Assembly (NCBI GenBank): GCA_003602605.1
Contig: QQRW01000037.1
Span: forward strand, 14,718 to 78,717
Direction: 5' to 3'
From: Candidatus Poseidoniales archaeon
GTDB taxonomy: Archaea > Thermoplasmatota > Poseidoniia > Poseidoniales > Poseidoniaceae
Length of the DNA: 64,000 bases
Shown: piece after piece, positions 38,346 through 47,885 of the stretch
How the letters are laid out: each line of letters starts with the position of its first letter
Position numbering within the stretch: position 1 is the stretch's first letter
Position numbers and translations under genes: made by a program
The notes under the pieces: model-generated
The model's database searches: none
The model's input: only the letters and a program-made list of their open reading frames with translations
What the model was told of the DNA's origin: nothing

Positions 38346-39311
38346 TCACAATTCCCACTGGAATACGAGTGCTCCGGCAACCCTCAAGTGAATGAAAGAA
38401 CCCGAACCTTGAACAGTAGCCGTCAAAGAATATTCGCCGGAATTCGAGGGAATGGTTCCAATCGCTCCTTTTTCGGTTGCACCTGAACCCCACGCACGAG
38501 TGAGCGGGGAGGCCCCTGCATGGTCTTTCATTGTGAGAGAACCTGAACCGCCTTGGCTAATCTCGACATCAAGATACCAAACGAGGGTATTCCAATCGCC
38601 CTCTGATGGATGCCCTTCATCGAGGAAAGTGTCGTACATTTCTTGGTCACTGTTCTCGTAGCGGTTATCGAGTAAATCACGTGCTCGATAGAAGAAGACA
38701 TCTCCTGAATAACCGTCACGGGCTGAGTTAAGATCCATTCGTAACTGTCGTACGCCTTCATCATCACGCCACACAAAATTTTCCATAAATTCTTTGTCAC
38801 CGCTGAAGGTGTAGGATATCTCATGCCCTTCAGCAGAAGTAGCCGAAACACGAGCGTTTCCATTGTTGATGGAGTCGGTGGTCGCAGTCCAATCTTGCCC
38901 AAACAAAGTGAAAGTCCAAGTGTCACCAACCGTCCACGGGAATGAAAACACGGATTGTGGTTCTCCGTTTTCATATACCGACAACCCATCAAGAGTCATT
39001 CGACCGAGGAATGGATTGTGATTGATGACTGCGTGACGCTGTGCTTCACGTTCAGAAGAGATACCAACCTGGTAAACCCCGTCCTCGTTGTCAATTTCAG
39101 CAACGACCAAACGAGCACTGTCTTCGCCAAATTGCGGCGTTATGAATGTGTAAAGCCACTGATCTCCGACTTCCCATTCTGGGAGTAAGGTCTGTTCAAC
39201 TGTGGTTGAATCAGAATCGCTCGAATCTATTGAACTGGTTGTACACCCTGCCAGAATACTGGTGCAAAGCAACAGCAACAGCATAACACCGGCTTTCAAC
39301 CCACTGCTCAT
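38346..39311 (-). CDS. Putative lipoprotein of unknown function
   Basis: Lipobox-like ILAGC after a hydrophobic stretch; Ser/Thr linker; PEWEVGDQWLY. Confidence 0.7.
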   Translation of the reverse strand: MSSGLKAGVMLLLLLCTSILAGCTTSSIDSSDSDSTTVEQTLLPEWEVGDQWLYTFITPQFGEDSARLVVAEIDNEDGVYQVGISSEREAQRHAVINHNPFLGRMTLDGLSVYENGEPQSVFSFPWTVGDTWTFTLFGQDWTATTDSINNGNARVSATSAEGHEISYTFSGDKEFMENFVWRDDEGVRQLRMDLNSARDGYSGDVFFYRARDLLDNRYENSDQEMYDTFLDEGHPSEGDWNTLVWYLDVEISQGGSGSLTMKDHAGASPLTRAWGSGATEKGAIGTIPSNSGEYSLTATVQGSGSFIHLRVAGALVFQWEL

Positions 39312-39361
39312 GGCAATAACCCAGCATGGCTCTGTTCAAGAGCCTAACGCATCGAAACGGT

Positions 39362-41494
39362 TCAGACAAGTTGCCCTGTTCCAGCCAAAACAACTGCAAC
39401 AATCGACATCAACTTGATCAGAATGTTGAGTGAAGGGCCGGATGTGTCCTTGAACGGGTCTCCAATCGTGTCACCAATGACGGCTGCTTCGTGAGCATCG
39501 TCACCTTTCTTAGCGCCTGCGATATGGTCTTGCTCGATGGCTTTCTTGGCATTGTCCCAAGCACCACCAGCATTAGCCATGAACAACGCCATGAGAACAC
39601 CGGTCACAAGAGAACCTGCAAGAAGTCCGCCAAGTGCATCAGCATCAAGCGCCAATCCAACAACAACAGGCGCCACTACTGCGACAACACCGGGACCCAC
39701 CATCTCACGAAGAGCTGCCTTCGTGGAAATATCAACACAGGTTTGAGAATCGGGGTAGGTCATATCACCAGCAACGACTTTTTCAGGCCACGTTGTAGCG
39801 TCTTCAAGGTCACCATCAAAGGAGGAGTCATTCGACAAACTCTCTCGCATAATAGCGAATTGGCGGCGAATTTCAACAACCATGTCACCTGCAGCCTTAC
39901 CGACTGAAGTCATAGTCATAGCAGCAACAACGAAAGGCAGTCCGCCACCGATGAGAAGTCCAATCACAACCATTGGGTTGGTCAAAGTGAGGTCGAGGTT
40001 GTCCGGGCCGACTGCCGCAGTGTAGGCTGCGAACAGTGCCAGAGCAGTCAATGCTGCTGAACCAATAGCGAATCCTTTGCCGACTGCTGCAGTCGTGTTA
40101 CCAATTGAATCGAGTTCGTCGGTAATTGCTCGAACATCAGAGCCAAGACCACTCATCTCAGCAACTCCACCTGCATTATCTGCAACTGGCCCGTATGCAT
40201 CGACGGTCATGGTTACGCCAACGGTAGCAAGCATACCCATTGCAGCCATTGCGATACAATAGAGACCGTAGTCACTGCCGCCAAAGTGGTTCGCTCCAAA
40301 GATACCTGCAGCGATCAAAAGAATCGGAATGAACGTCGACATCATTCCGACAGAAAGACCAGCAATAGCGTTGGTAGCTGGTCCTGTCTTGGACATTTCG
40401 CCAATGTGAGGAATTGCTTTAGTTGGGATTCCAAATACAGGTTCAATACCAGTATAGTATTCAGTAATGAGGCCAATTGCGATTCCGACAACACTGCCCA
40501 AAACTACAGAATGCATAACTCCAATTTCAACATCGATAAGTCCTTGGTTGATGGAGATGTAACCACCTGCCCAAAACAGAATTGCTGCAATGAATGTGGT
40601 GTTGCGTAGTGCTGCTGCTGCATCTTTGCCGTTCTTAAGAACATACATTGAGAACACACCGATGATGGATGCAACATAGCCGATAAGGCCGAGGAGAATT
40701 GGCATCATGATGTAATCAGTAGCGCCATCAAAACCACTTGGGCCAAAGTCATCTGAACTTGCGATGATCATTGCTGCAATGATTGAACCCACGAAGGATT
40801 CGAAGATGTCTGCTCCCATTCCGGCAACGTCACCGACATTGTCTCCGACGTTATCAGCGATGACACCCGGATTGCGAGGGTCGTCCTCTGGAATACCTGC
40901 TTCGACTTTACCGACAAGATCAGCACCGACGTCCGCAGCCTTGGTGTAGATACCGCCACCAACACGAGCGAAGAGAGCAATCGAAGATGCACCCATACCG
41001 AATCCTGCAGCAGCAGAAAGGTCTGGGTTTGCATCGCCTGCTCCTAGCCAGTATGCAACAAGAGAGATACCGAGAAGACCAAGTCCGCCAACGGAAAGGC
41101 CCATGACTGCACCACCGTTGTATGAAACAGAAAGAGCGCCGGCCTTACCGTCGTTCTTAGCAGCCATGGTAGTTCGGCCGTTGGCCGAGGTTGCAGCACG
41201 CATTCCAGAGAATCCTGCTGCAACAGATGCAAGTGCACCTGCAAAGAAAGCAATTGCAGTATTCATGTCGTTGAGTTGTGTAAGCGCAACGCCAACAACA
41301 ACCACGAATATTGCGAGAACTCGATATTCTGCAAAAAGGAAGGCCATGGCACCTTTTTGAATTTCTTCAGTGATGCTAGCAACTTTCTCGTTGTCAATTT
41401 TCACTTTGTTTACTTGTTGGTACAGCATAAACGCAACAGCAAGTCCGAAAAGACCCGCACCTGCGGCAATCATTGGTATATTATCCAGCATCAT
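39362..41494 (-). CDS. hppA: Membrane-bound ion-translocating pyrophosphatase (K+-dependent, probably Na+-pumping)
   Basis: [64 protein letters not shown]. Confidence 0.95.
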   Translation of the reverse strand: MMLDNIPMIAAGAGLFGLAVAFMLYQQVNKVKIDNEKVASITEEIQKGAMAFLFAEYRVLAIFVVVVGVALTQLNDMNTAIAFFAGALASVAAGFSGMRAATSANGRTTMAAKNDGKAGALSVSYNGGAVMGLSVGGLGLLGISLVAYWLGAGDANPDLSAAAGFGMGASSIALFARVGGGIYTKAADVGADLVGKVEAGIPEDDPRNPGVIADNVGDNVGDVAGMGADIFESFVGSIIAAMIIASSDDFGPSGFDGATDYIMMPILLGLIGYVASIIGVFSMYVLKNGKDAAAALRNTTFIAAILFWAGGYISINQGLIDVEIGVMHSVVLGSVVGIAIGLITEYYTGIEPVFGIPTKAIPHIGEMSKTGPATNAIAGLSVGMMSTFIPILLIAAGIFGANHFGGSDYGLYCIAMAAMGMLATVGVTMTVDAYGPVADNAGGVAEMSGLGSDVRAITDELDSIGNTTAAVGKGFAIGSAALTALALFAAYTAAVGPDNLDLTLTNPMVVIGLLIGGGLPFVVAAMTMTSVGKAAGDMVVEIRRQFAIMRESLSNDSSFDGDLEDATTWPEKVVAGDMTYPDSQTCVDISTKAALREMVGPGVVAVVAPVVVGLALDADALGGLLAGSLVTGVLMALFMANAGGAWDNAKKAIEQDHIAGAKKGDDAHEAAVIGDTIGDPFKDTSGPSLNILIKLMSIVAVVLAGTGQLV

Positions 41495-41659
41495 AGAACA
41501 CCTTGTTATTCCGGCGACCTAAGAACCCCTCATAAGTAGTTCCCTCTAAAAAACACCCCTTAATGGCCTTTAATGAGAACTGAACGGTATTCAACCCGGT
41601 TTCATCCGTGCAACTGTTCAAGCAATTGTTGAAAGAGGAGAGGCCTGCAGGGTAGTAGC

Positions 41660-41995
41660 ATGAGCATCACCGCCGAGGAGATCTTGGCTGAGATTGGACC
41701 AGTTCAAGAGATACTGGATGAACACGATGGGGTCGTGAATGTCCTTGACACTACAGACGGCAACATCATGCTCTCACTTGACGGCGGATGCAATGGTTGC
41801 TCATCTACACCAATGACTGCTATGCAGATTTACTATTCCCTCAAAAAACTCGACCACATCAACGATGTCATTTTCGTGAACGGCGAACTTCCGGAATACA
41901 TGCGTACATTCATTGACCAAAAAATGGCAAAGGAAGCGAGTCAACCTTCTTCTGGAGCAGAAGAGACAAGTCAACCTCGTGGCGAGATTGTCTAA
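41660..41995 (+). CDS. NifU/Nfu C-terminal-domain Fe-S carrier protein
   Basis: HDGVV...LDGGCNGCSS. Confidence 0.75.
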   Translation: MSITAEEILAEIGPVQEILDEHDGVVNVLDTTDGNIMLSLDGGCNGCSSTPMTAMQIYYSLKKLDHINDVIFVNGELPEYMRTFIDQKMAKEASQPSSGAEETSQPRGEIV

Positions 41996-42322
41996 TCATT
42001 CTTTTTCATCCTTACCAATCGTATGAGGATTTGCTCCAAATGAAACATTTTCGCCCTTGATGTTCATCCGAGCTGCGATAGCAATAACGATACAAACCAA
42101 GGAGAGAGGTTTTGGAAGGTAATTCGATCCCCAAAGCATCCCACCTGATAGCGAAAGCCACCAAAGTACGCCTGCGGCTGCGATCAAGACGATGGCAATA
42201 ATGTTCTGAACGATGTGTTCAGCCCGAGGTGAGCGGGAAAAGGTCGCAATAAAAGTGAACAACACAGCCGAAATACCGCACAAGGCTTCGGCGAGATGTT
42301 CGATGAAGATCACGCTGACCAT
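41996..42322 (-). CDS. Small hypothetical membrane protein (~3 TM)
   Basis: Three hydrophobic segments. Start at ATG 42322 avoids overlap with polX. Confidence 0.6.
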   Translation of the reverse strand: MVSVIFIEHLAEALCGISAVLFTFIATFSRSPRAEHIVQNIIAIVLIAAAGVLWWLSLSGGMLWGSNYLPKPLSLVCIVIAIAARMNIKGENVSFGANPHTIGKDEKE

Positions 42323-42413
42323 GAACAGTGCTGCAGGCCGTGGTTCTTCAACATGAAGTTCGACAAGTGAGAGAAAGAGCAACGTTTGAGAAGGGTCGCC
42401 GACAACACGAACC

Positions 42414-44351
42414 ATGGCAGGCGGAGGATTCACACTACCTAAGGCACGGCCGAGCGGCCCACCGTATTTCTCTCGCAACCAAATCGCTTCAGTCATGCAC
42501 CAAGTGGCAGTTCTCCTGGAACTGAACGGCGCCAATGTGTTTCGTGTCCGTTCGTATCAAAACGCCAGTCGAATGCTCGGCGGCTTGACGGAAGACCTCG
42601 GAGAATTGGTTTCTACCGGCCGGCTTTTTGAGATGAAAGGAATTGGTAAAGGATTGGGATCAGCACTTACTCAAGCCATCATGGAAGGTGAATGGCCGAG
42701 CGATTGGGTGGAATTGCACAATTCGACACCTCAAGGACTCATTGAGATGCTCGGAATCCCCGGACTCGGGCCGAAGCGTATCAAGCTGATGAACGAAGAA
42801 CTCGGAGTTGATTCTGTTGCGTCTCTAAAGGAAGCGGCTACAGATGGATTGATTGCACCAATGAAAGGATTTGGCAAGAAATCTCAACAACGAATGCTCG
42901 ATGGAATCGAACTGTTGGCACGGTTCAGGGCTCGTCGGAGATTGGATGTTGGCTTAATGTACGGAGAAGCATTCCAATCAAAAATAGCATCCATTGAGGG
43001 TGTAATCAAGGCTCAATTGGCCGGAAGTGCTCGCCGTCGAAAAGAAACCATAGGCGACTTAGATGTCGTTGTTGCTGTTGAAGATGAGCACCACGAGAAC
43101 GTGGCAGAAGCAATTCTATCGCTACCTGGAATCGCTGATGTGAAAGGTGCTGGAGATTCAAAGATTAGCCTTATTCTTGACACAAGCATATTCGACGGTG
43201 GATTTACCGTAGGTCACATTGACCCAAACGTATTGGATGCCATCGGTGGAGATGACTACGAGCAACTTGAGAGTGGGGGAACAATCGATGCACAAGTACG
43301 GCTTGTTACTCCAGAAGTATTCCCGTTCACCTTAGCCTACTTCACCGGAAGTAAGGAGCACAACATTGCCATGCGACAACGAGCCATTGATCGTGGGTTG
43401 AAGTTGAACGAGTTCGGACTCATCCCCGATGCCAAGGCTGGCGATTTGAAAGGTATGGCTGCAGCCAAGTTTTCTCTTAAAGCATCCACAGAAGAGGACA
43501 TCTACCGCCACTTAGAACTGGATTGGGTTTCTCCAGAACTGCGTGAAGACACCGGTGAAATCGTTGCTGCGGAGACATCCAACCTCCCACAATTACTTTC
43601 GGGGCAGGACATACGAGGCGCACTGCACAACCACACCACACTTTCCGATGGCGAAGCAACGCTGGAAGAGATGGCTGACACTGCACGAAAAATGGGTTGG
43701 AATTGGTTGGGAATCGCAGACCATTCACCCACGCTCAAAATCGCAAATGGAGCAAGTGCTGAAGATTTATTGGAACAGGGAGAAACAATTCAACGCTACA
43801 ATGCAGCATGGGCGAAAGAAGGTACAGATTTCCGACTCTTCCACGGTGTCGAATCAGATATTCTCGAAGGTGGTAAACTCGACCACCCCGACGATGTATT
43901 GTCCCAGCTTGATTACACTGTAGCTTCGGTGCACGCCCTCTCCAAATGGAAAGCTCGTGATGAACTGCAAAACACCGAGGAATTGATGCAATGCATAGAC
44001 CATCCATCAACAACCGTTCTCGGTCATCCTACCGGCCGTATTTTGCAAGGAAGGGATGGATACGAAGTAGACTTGTTCGCTGTACTTGAACACATGGCAG
44101 AACACAACGAGGAGGGGCGACTGAAAGCGGTCGAGTTGAATGCAAGCCCCTACAGACTCGACCTCGACTGGAGATTGTGTAAACATGCGAAAGGTCTGGG
44201 CGTTCCAGTCATCATCAATCCAGACGCCCACTCAATTCGAGGACTTGCCGATATCAGTTATGGGGTCATGGCTGCACGCAAAGGTTGGATTGAGCCACAT
44301 GATGTTCTCAACTCGCTCAGTGGTGAAGAACTTCAACGCCGTCTTTCGTAA
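42414..44351 (+). CDS. polX: DNA polymerase X family with C-terminal PHP domain
   Basis: FRVRSY, HhH motifs (GIGKG, IPGLGPKR, GFGKKS), AGSARRRKETIGDLD, YFTGSKEHN; PHP motifs HNHT, DH, GHPTGR, DAH. Confidence 0.93.
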   Translation: MAGGGFTLPKARPSGPPYFSRNQIASVMHQVAVLLELNGANVFRVRSYQNASRMLGGLTEDLGELVSTGRLFEMKGIGKGLGSALTQAIMEGEWPSDWVELHNSTPQGLIEMLGIPGLGPKRIKLMNEELGVDSVASLKEAATDGLIAPMKGFGKKSQQRMLDGIELLARFRARRRLDVGLMYGEAFQSKIASIEGVIKAQLAGSARRRKETIGDLDVVVAVEDEHHENVAEAILSLPGIADVKGAGDSKISLILDTSIFDGGFTVGHIDPNVLDAIGGDDYEQLESGGTIDAQVRLVTPEVFPFTLAYFTGSKEHNIAMRQRAIDRGLKLNEFGLIPDAKAGDLKGMAAAKFSLKASTEEDIYRHLELDWVSPELREDTGEIVAAETSNLPQLLSGQDIRGALHNHTTLSDGEATLEEMADTARKMGWNWLGIADHSPTLKIANGASAEDLLEQGETIQRYNAAWAKEGTDFRLFHGVESDILEGGKLDHPDDVLSQLDYTVASVHALSKWKARDELQNTEELMQCIDHPSTTVLGHPTGRILQGRDGYEVDLFAVLEHMAEHNEEGRLKAVELNASPYRLDLDWRLCKHAKGLGVPVIINPDAHSIRGLADISYGVMAARKGWIEPHDVLNSLSGEELQRRLS

Positions 44352-44353
44352 GC

Positions 44354-44608
44354 GTGAGCAAACCACACATTCATGACATCCCCCCCACTCCGTTTACCAT
44401 GCGTCTACTTCGAACGATGATTATGGGAGGAGTCATGCTGATTCCCGGACTGTTGTTGGCGATGATCATTTGGTACATCATGGGCCAACCAACAACAGAA
44501 CCGATGGAATCGTTGATTTGTAACGGCATACCTCTGCTTTCAGTTTCATTCGGACTGTTCTTCGGTTGGGTTACTGGAGAAGCTTATTCTGTCAAAATGG
44601 AGTCGTGA
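44354..44608 (+). CDS. Small hypothetical membrane protein (2 TM)
   Basis: Tightly packed after polX; two hydrophobic helices. Confidence 0.6.
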   Translation: MSKPHIHDIPPTPFTMRLLRTMIMGGVMLIPGLLLAMIIWYIMGQPTTEPMESLICNGIPLLSVSFGLFFGWVTGEAYSVKMES

Positions 44609-44617
44609 GGCGGTTGC

Positions 44618-44929
44618 ATGACCCATTTCAAAGTGAAACAGTGGGATGAGTTGAAGACATTCTTCACCTCCTTTTTCAGTCATGTGTCTGGTAACGTCGA
44701 GCAAACAGTAGACAGCATTCGATTCAGCTCGCCACCCACTATGGTCGAAACCAGCCTCCACTTGTTTCGAGACGGTACATTTGGTGCAAACATGCCGCTT
44801 CACGGTATTGAGTCAAAGGTAGAAATGGTGGATTTTCAAACCGAACCTCATCGCGTCACCTTTGTTGGCCAGGGTCTTGAATACATCTACCGAATTCCAA
44901 CCCAACTAATCTTGACGGAGGAGAGATGA
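44618..44929 (+). CDS. Hypothetical protein
   Basis: Operon packing between the 84-aa ORF and nth; GAGG RBS. Confidence 0.6.
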   Translation: MTHFKVKQWDELKTFFTSFFSHVSGNVEQTVDSIRFSSPPTMVETSLHLFRDGTFGANMPLHGIESKVEMVDFQTEPHRVTFVGQGLEYIYRIPTQLILTEER

Positions 44930-45580
44930 ATGAAACGTAAAGACAAGGCAATAAAAATTGCCGCCATGCTTGAGGAATTCTATCCTGAAACTCCAGTGCC
45001 TCTCGACCATGAAAACGACTTTCAATTACTCGTCGCTGTCCTCATGAGCGCTCAAACGACAGACCTCAAAGTGAATGAAGTCACACCGGCATTGTTTGCC
45101 AAAGCTCCAACTGCTGAAGCCATGGTTCAACTGACTGTCGAAACCATTCTCAATGATATCCGGCAAGTTGGATTAGCTCCTACGAAGGCAAAGAACATAC
45201 ATCGACTCTCCGAACTCGTAATGGAACGTCATGGAGGAACAATACCTCAAACGTTTGAGGAACTTGAAGCGCTACCTGGCGTAGGCCACAAAACTGCTGG
45301 AGTGGTGATGGCACAATGCTTTGGCGTACCCGCATTTCCAATTGACACCCACATACATCGACTTGCCGCTCGGTGGGGCCTGTCCAATGACACCACTGTT
45401 CAGCGAACTGAGCGTGATTTGAAAGCCATATTCCCGAAAAAATTGTGGAACAAGTTACACTTGCAAATCATCTTCTTTGGAAGAGAATTCTGTCCTGCAC
45501 GCAACCATGACCTTGAACAATGCCCAATCTGTTCTTGGGCAGCTACGAAGAAACGTATTGCTCAAGAAAAAAAACGCTGA
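44930..45580 (+). CDS. nth: Endonuclease III (HhH-GPD DNA glycosylase/AP lyase)
   Basis: LVAVLMSAQTTD, LPGVGHKTA, PIDTHIHR, C-terminal Cys cluster. Confidence 0.93.
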   Translation: MKRKDKAIKIAAMLEEFYPETPVPLDHENDFQLLVAVLMSAQTTDLKVNEVTPALFAKAPTAEAMVQLTVETILNDIRQVGLAPTKAKNIHRLSELVMERHGGTIPQTFEELEALPGVGHKTAGVVMAQCFGVPAFPIDTHIHRLAARWGLSNDTTVQRTERDLKAIFPKKLWNKLHLQIIFFGREFCPARNHDLEQCPICSWAATKKRIAQEKKR

Positions 45581-45582
45581 AA

Positions 45583-46032
45583 TCAAACGATTGAGATGCT
45601 TCGAGATGCGATATTTAGCAGTACGAGTACACCGATGATTACCGCAGTCACTCGGAGTGCAGTATGTTCGTATTTTTCATCGTACGATTCACGCAGCAAA
45701 GCATAACCGATCAACCCTAATCCTAGGGACTGAAGAATGGTTCCGACTGAACCGATAACACGATTGAGGTCATTGTGCGCTTCTGTGTCTTCGGCTATTT
45801 TTTCGGTAACGCCTTCCGCTTCAAGGTCATAATCGACCACCGATGGCGGACCGAACATTTCGACAACTTCTACAAAAACAACCGATGCAAGTATCAGAAT
45901 AACGCCGAGCATCAACCATCGATGGAAGGAATAACTCAGCGGTGAGGTTTGAAATCCCGCAGCAGGTAGGTAAGGCGAGGGTGCAGGAGGGTTTTGGGCA
46001 GCGGATGCAGCAGGTGGTGGTGGGGCTTGCAT
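45583..46032 (-). CDS. Hypothetical membrane protein with Pro-rich N-terminus (3 TM)
   Basis: Pro-rich leader and three hydrophobic segments; directly downstream of arlJ. Confidence 0.65.
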   Translation of the reverse strand: MQAPPPPAASAAQNPPAPSPYLPAAGFQTSPLSYSFHRWLMLGVILILASVVFVEVVEMFGPPSVVDYDLEAEGVTEKIAEDTEAHNDLNRVIGSVGTILQSLGLGLIGYALLRESYDEKYEHTALRVTAVIIGVLVLLNIASRSISIV

Positions 46033-46071
46033 GGCAACCAATCACTGACTGGGATTATGATTGTTGGGTCG

Positions 46072-47874
46072 TTAAACGCCAAACACAGCAGATGCAGCTT
46101 CCAATACCAACGAAGTGATGTATGAAGTGATGCCTGCAACCCAAAGCAGTTGAATTCCTTGACCCATAGCAGTTGTCCATATACCACCTCGCAACCTGTT
46201 CGATATGATTGAGACTGCAATAACTTGGAAGAGGATGAGAATTGAAACAATAATTTTGAACATTCGTATATTCTCCCCAACTCCTGAAGCATCTTCCATG
46301 ACTGGAAGGGCCAATCCTGCGCCGAATTCAGCCAAAGCACTGACATCCGTATTGGTGAAGTTTTCAGCCACACCTGCAATAGAATCGCCAAGCTTGAGGA
46401 CAATTGCAATGGTAACGTTGAGACTGGTCACCGAAGCAATAAGCAGACCGAGAGCGACACCACGCATGGTATTGGCCGAGAGAGATCTCCTTCTTCGCAA
46501 CGAAAGTAAACTTCCTACCGACCGAGAAACCATCTCAGCTGTGTCTGCTGGCTTACCTGAAGATTGTGAACCTTCGATGTAGATGCGTGTGTAACGTGAT
46601 ATCACAGCTGAATTGGTATCTGCGTTGAAGTAGTCCCAAGCTCGATCGGAATCAATACGAGTGGACAGTCGCTTTTCCAATCGATCGATAGAACGATCGA
46701 GCATACCGAAGTCAATCCCTCGCAAGGCTTTGATGGTGGCTGATGGTTCAGCTGAACGAGCCTGTGCAGTACCACCCAAGGCTCGAATAAAATCGGGATA
46801 AGTCTCGTCTCTTCGCAGAACTTGGCGTTCTTCTCTTCCGATCATAATTGCTGGAATAAGCATGGGTGAAAGGGGTGCAGCAATGAAAATGAGACCGTAT
46901 CGGTCCCATTGATTGGTAACTGCTTCCCAAGATGCTGCGAGTAGGATGACCATGATCACGGTTAGGAAACTGGTGAGAATACCCGCTCCGACAAGTGCTC
47001 GGAAGAAATTAAGTCGGAATGGTGTATCCATCTCATCACGAGCAAAAGTTGGGTCTTCGGGGACCGTCGCCCTAAACGCAAAGACTGCAGCGATTTGGAT
47101 TATAGTGAATACAAGCGATGCCAAAAGAATGAATCGCAATCGGCTGGCCACCATAATTGGTGTATCGGTAGCTGAACCGACTTCGAACAGAACCAAATGG
47201 ATTCCAGCAATAACAAGACCGAACAATCCGGCTGAGACCAAAGAGACATAGATTTCTTTCATCGTATCGACTGATTCAAGACGAGTATCGTAGAGAGTCG
47301 TGTATTGTTCGGCAACCGTCTCTTGTTCAGAACGCATGAACTCGTCGATGGCTTGGCCTGCTTCGATGGAAAACGCCATTCGATCGAGGAAATCTGCCCA
47401 AAGCGGACTCGGGCTTTGTTGTGCCACAATACGAGATGCCTCTGGAAGGGATGTGTGCCATTTGTCAACAAGTGTTTCAATTCGTTTGACCTCATTCGCC
47501 AACTCACCGTAATCACTCATTTGTTTGAGAATATCGAAAATGGATTGAGCACCTACTTCGCCAAGAGATAAAATACCCATTCGAGTAATGAACATGTGCA
47601 TCTCTTTCTCAATCATGGTTGCCGACCGTTGAACATCGAGCAATGGATACGCAGCTGCCGCACCTCCTGCCAAGATGGGTAAAAGGATAATCAGAAGAAT
47701 ACCAGCTGCACCTGAGAACAGTGCACCTTCAGCGAGGCCACCAGTGAGGAAAATGAGAAGTAAAGAAAACAGGAATCCTACGATTGCAGCGCCACCGACA
47801 TAAAAAAGGAGAAATTGCCCAACTGGAATCTCAACGCGACGCAAGGCGATTTGCCAGTAAGACATTCGCTGCAT
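46072..47874 (-). CDS. arlJ: Archaellum membrane platform protein ArlJ (FlaJ)
   Basis: Two T2SSF-like halves, FITRMG, FLDRMAFSIEAG, YPDFIRALG; follows arlI; GAGGTGA RBS. Confidence 0.9.
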   Translation of the reverse strand: MQRMSYWQIALRRVEIPVGQFLLFYVGGAAIVGFLFSLLLIFLTGGLAEGALFSGAAGILLIILLPILAGGAAAAYPLLDVQRSATMIEKEMHMFITRMGILSLGEVGAQSIFDILKQMSDYGELANEVKRIETLVDKWHTSLPEASRIVAQQSPSPLWADFLDRMAFSIEAGQAIDEFMRSEQETVAEQYTTLYDTRLESVDTMKEIYVSLVSAGLFGLVIAGIHLVLFEVGSATDTPIMVASRLRFILLASLVFTIIQIAAVFAFRATVPEDPTFARDEMDTPFRLNFFRALVGAGILTSFLTVIMVILLAASWEAVTNQWDRYGLIFIAAPLSPMLIPAIMIGREERQVLRRDETYPDFIRALGGTAQARSAEPSATIKALRGIDFGMLDRSIDRLEKRLSTRIDSDRAWDYFNADTNSAVISRYTRIYIEGSQSSGKPADTAEMVSRSVGSLLSLRRRRSLSANTMRGVALGLLIASVTSLNVTIAIVLKLGDSIAGVAENFTNTDVSALAEFGAGLALPVMEDASGVGENIRMFKIIVSILILFQVIAVSIISNRLRGGIWTTAMGQGIQLLWVAGITSYITSLVLEAASAVFGV

Positions 47875-47885
47875 TCGACATCACC

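Noticed and set aside
42323..42535. Extension of the minus-strand membrane ORF
   Set aside because: Overlaps the polX start and the divergent promoter gap.
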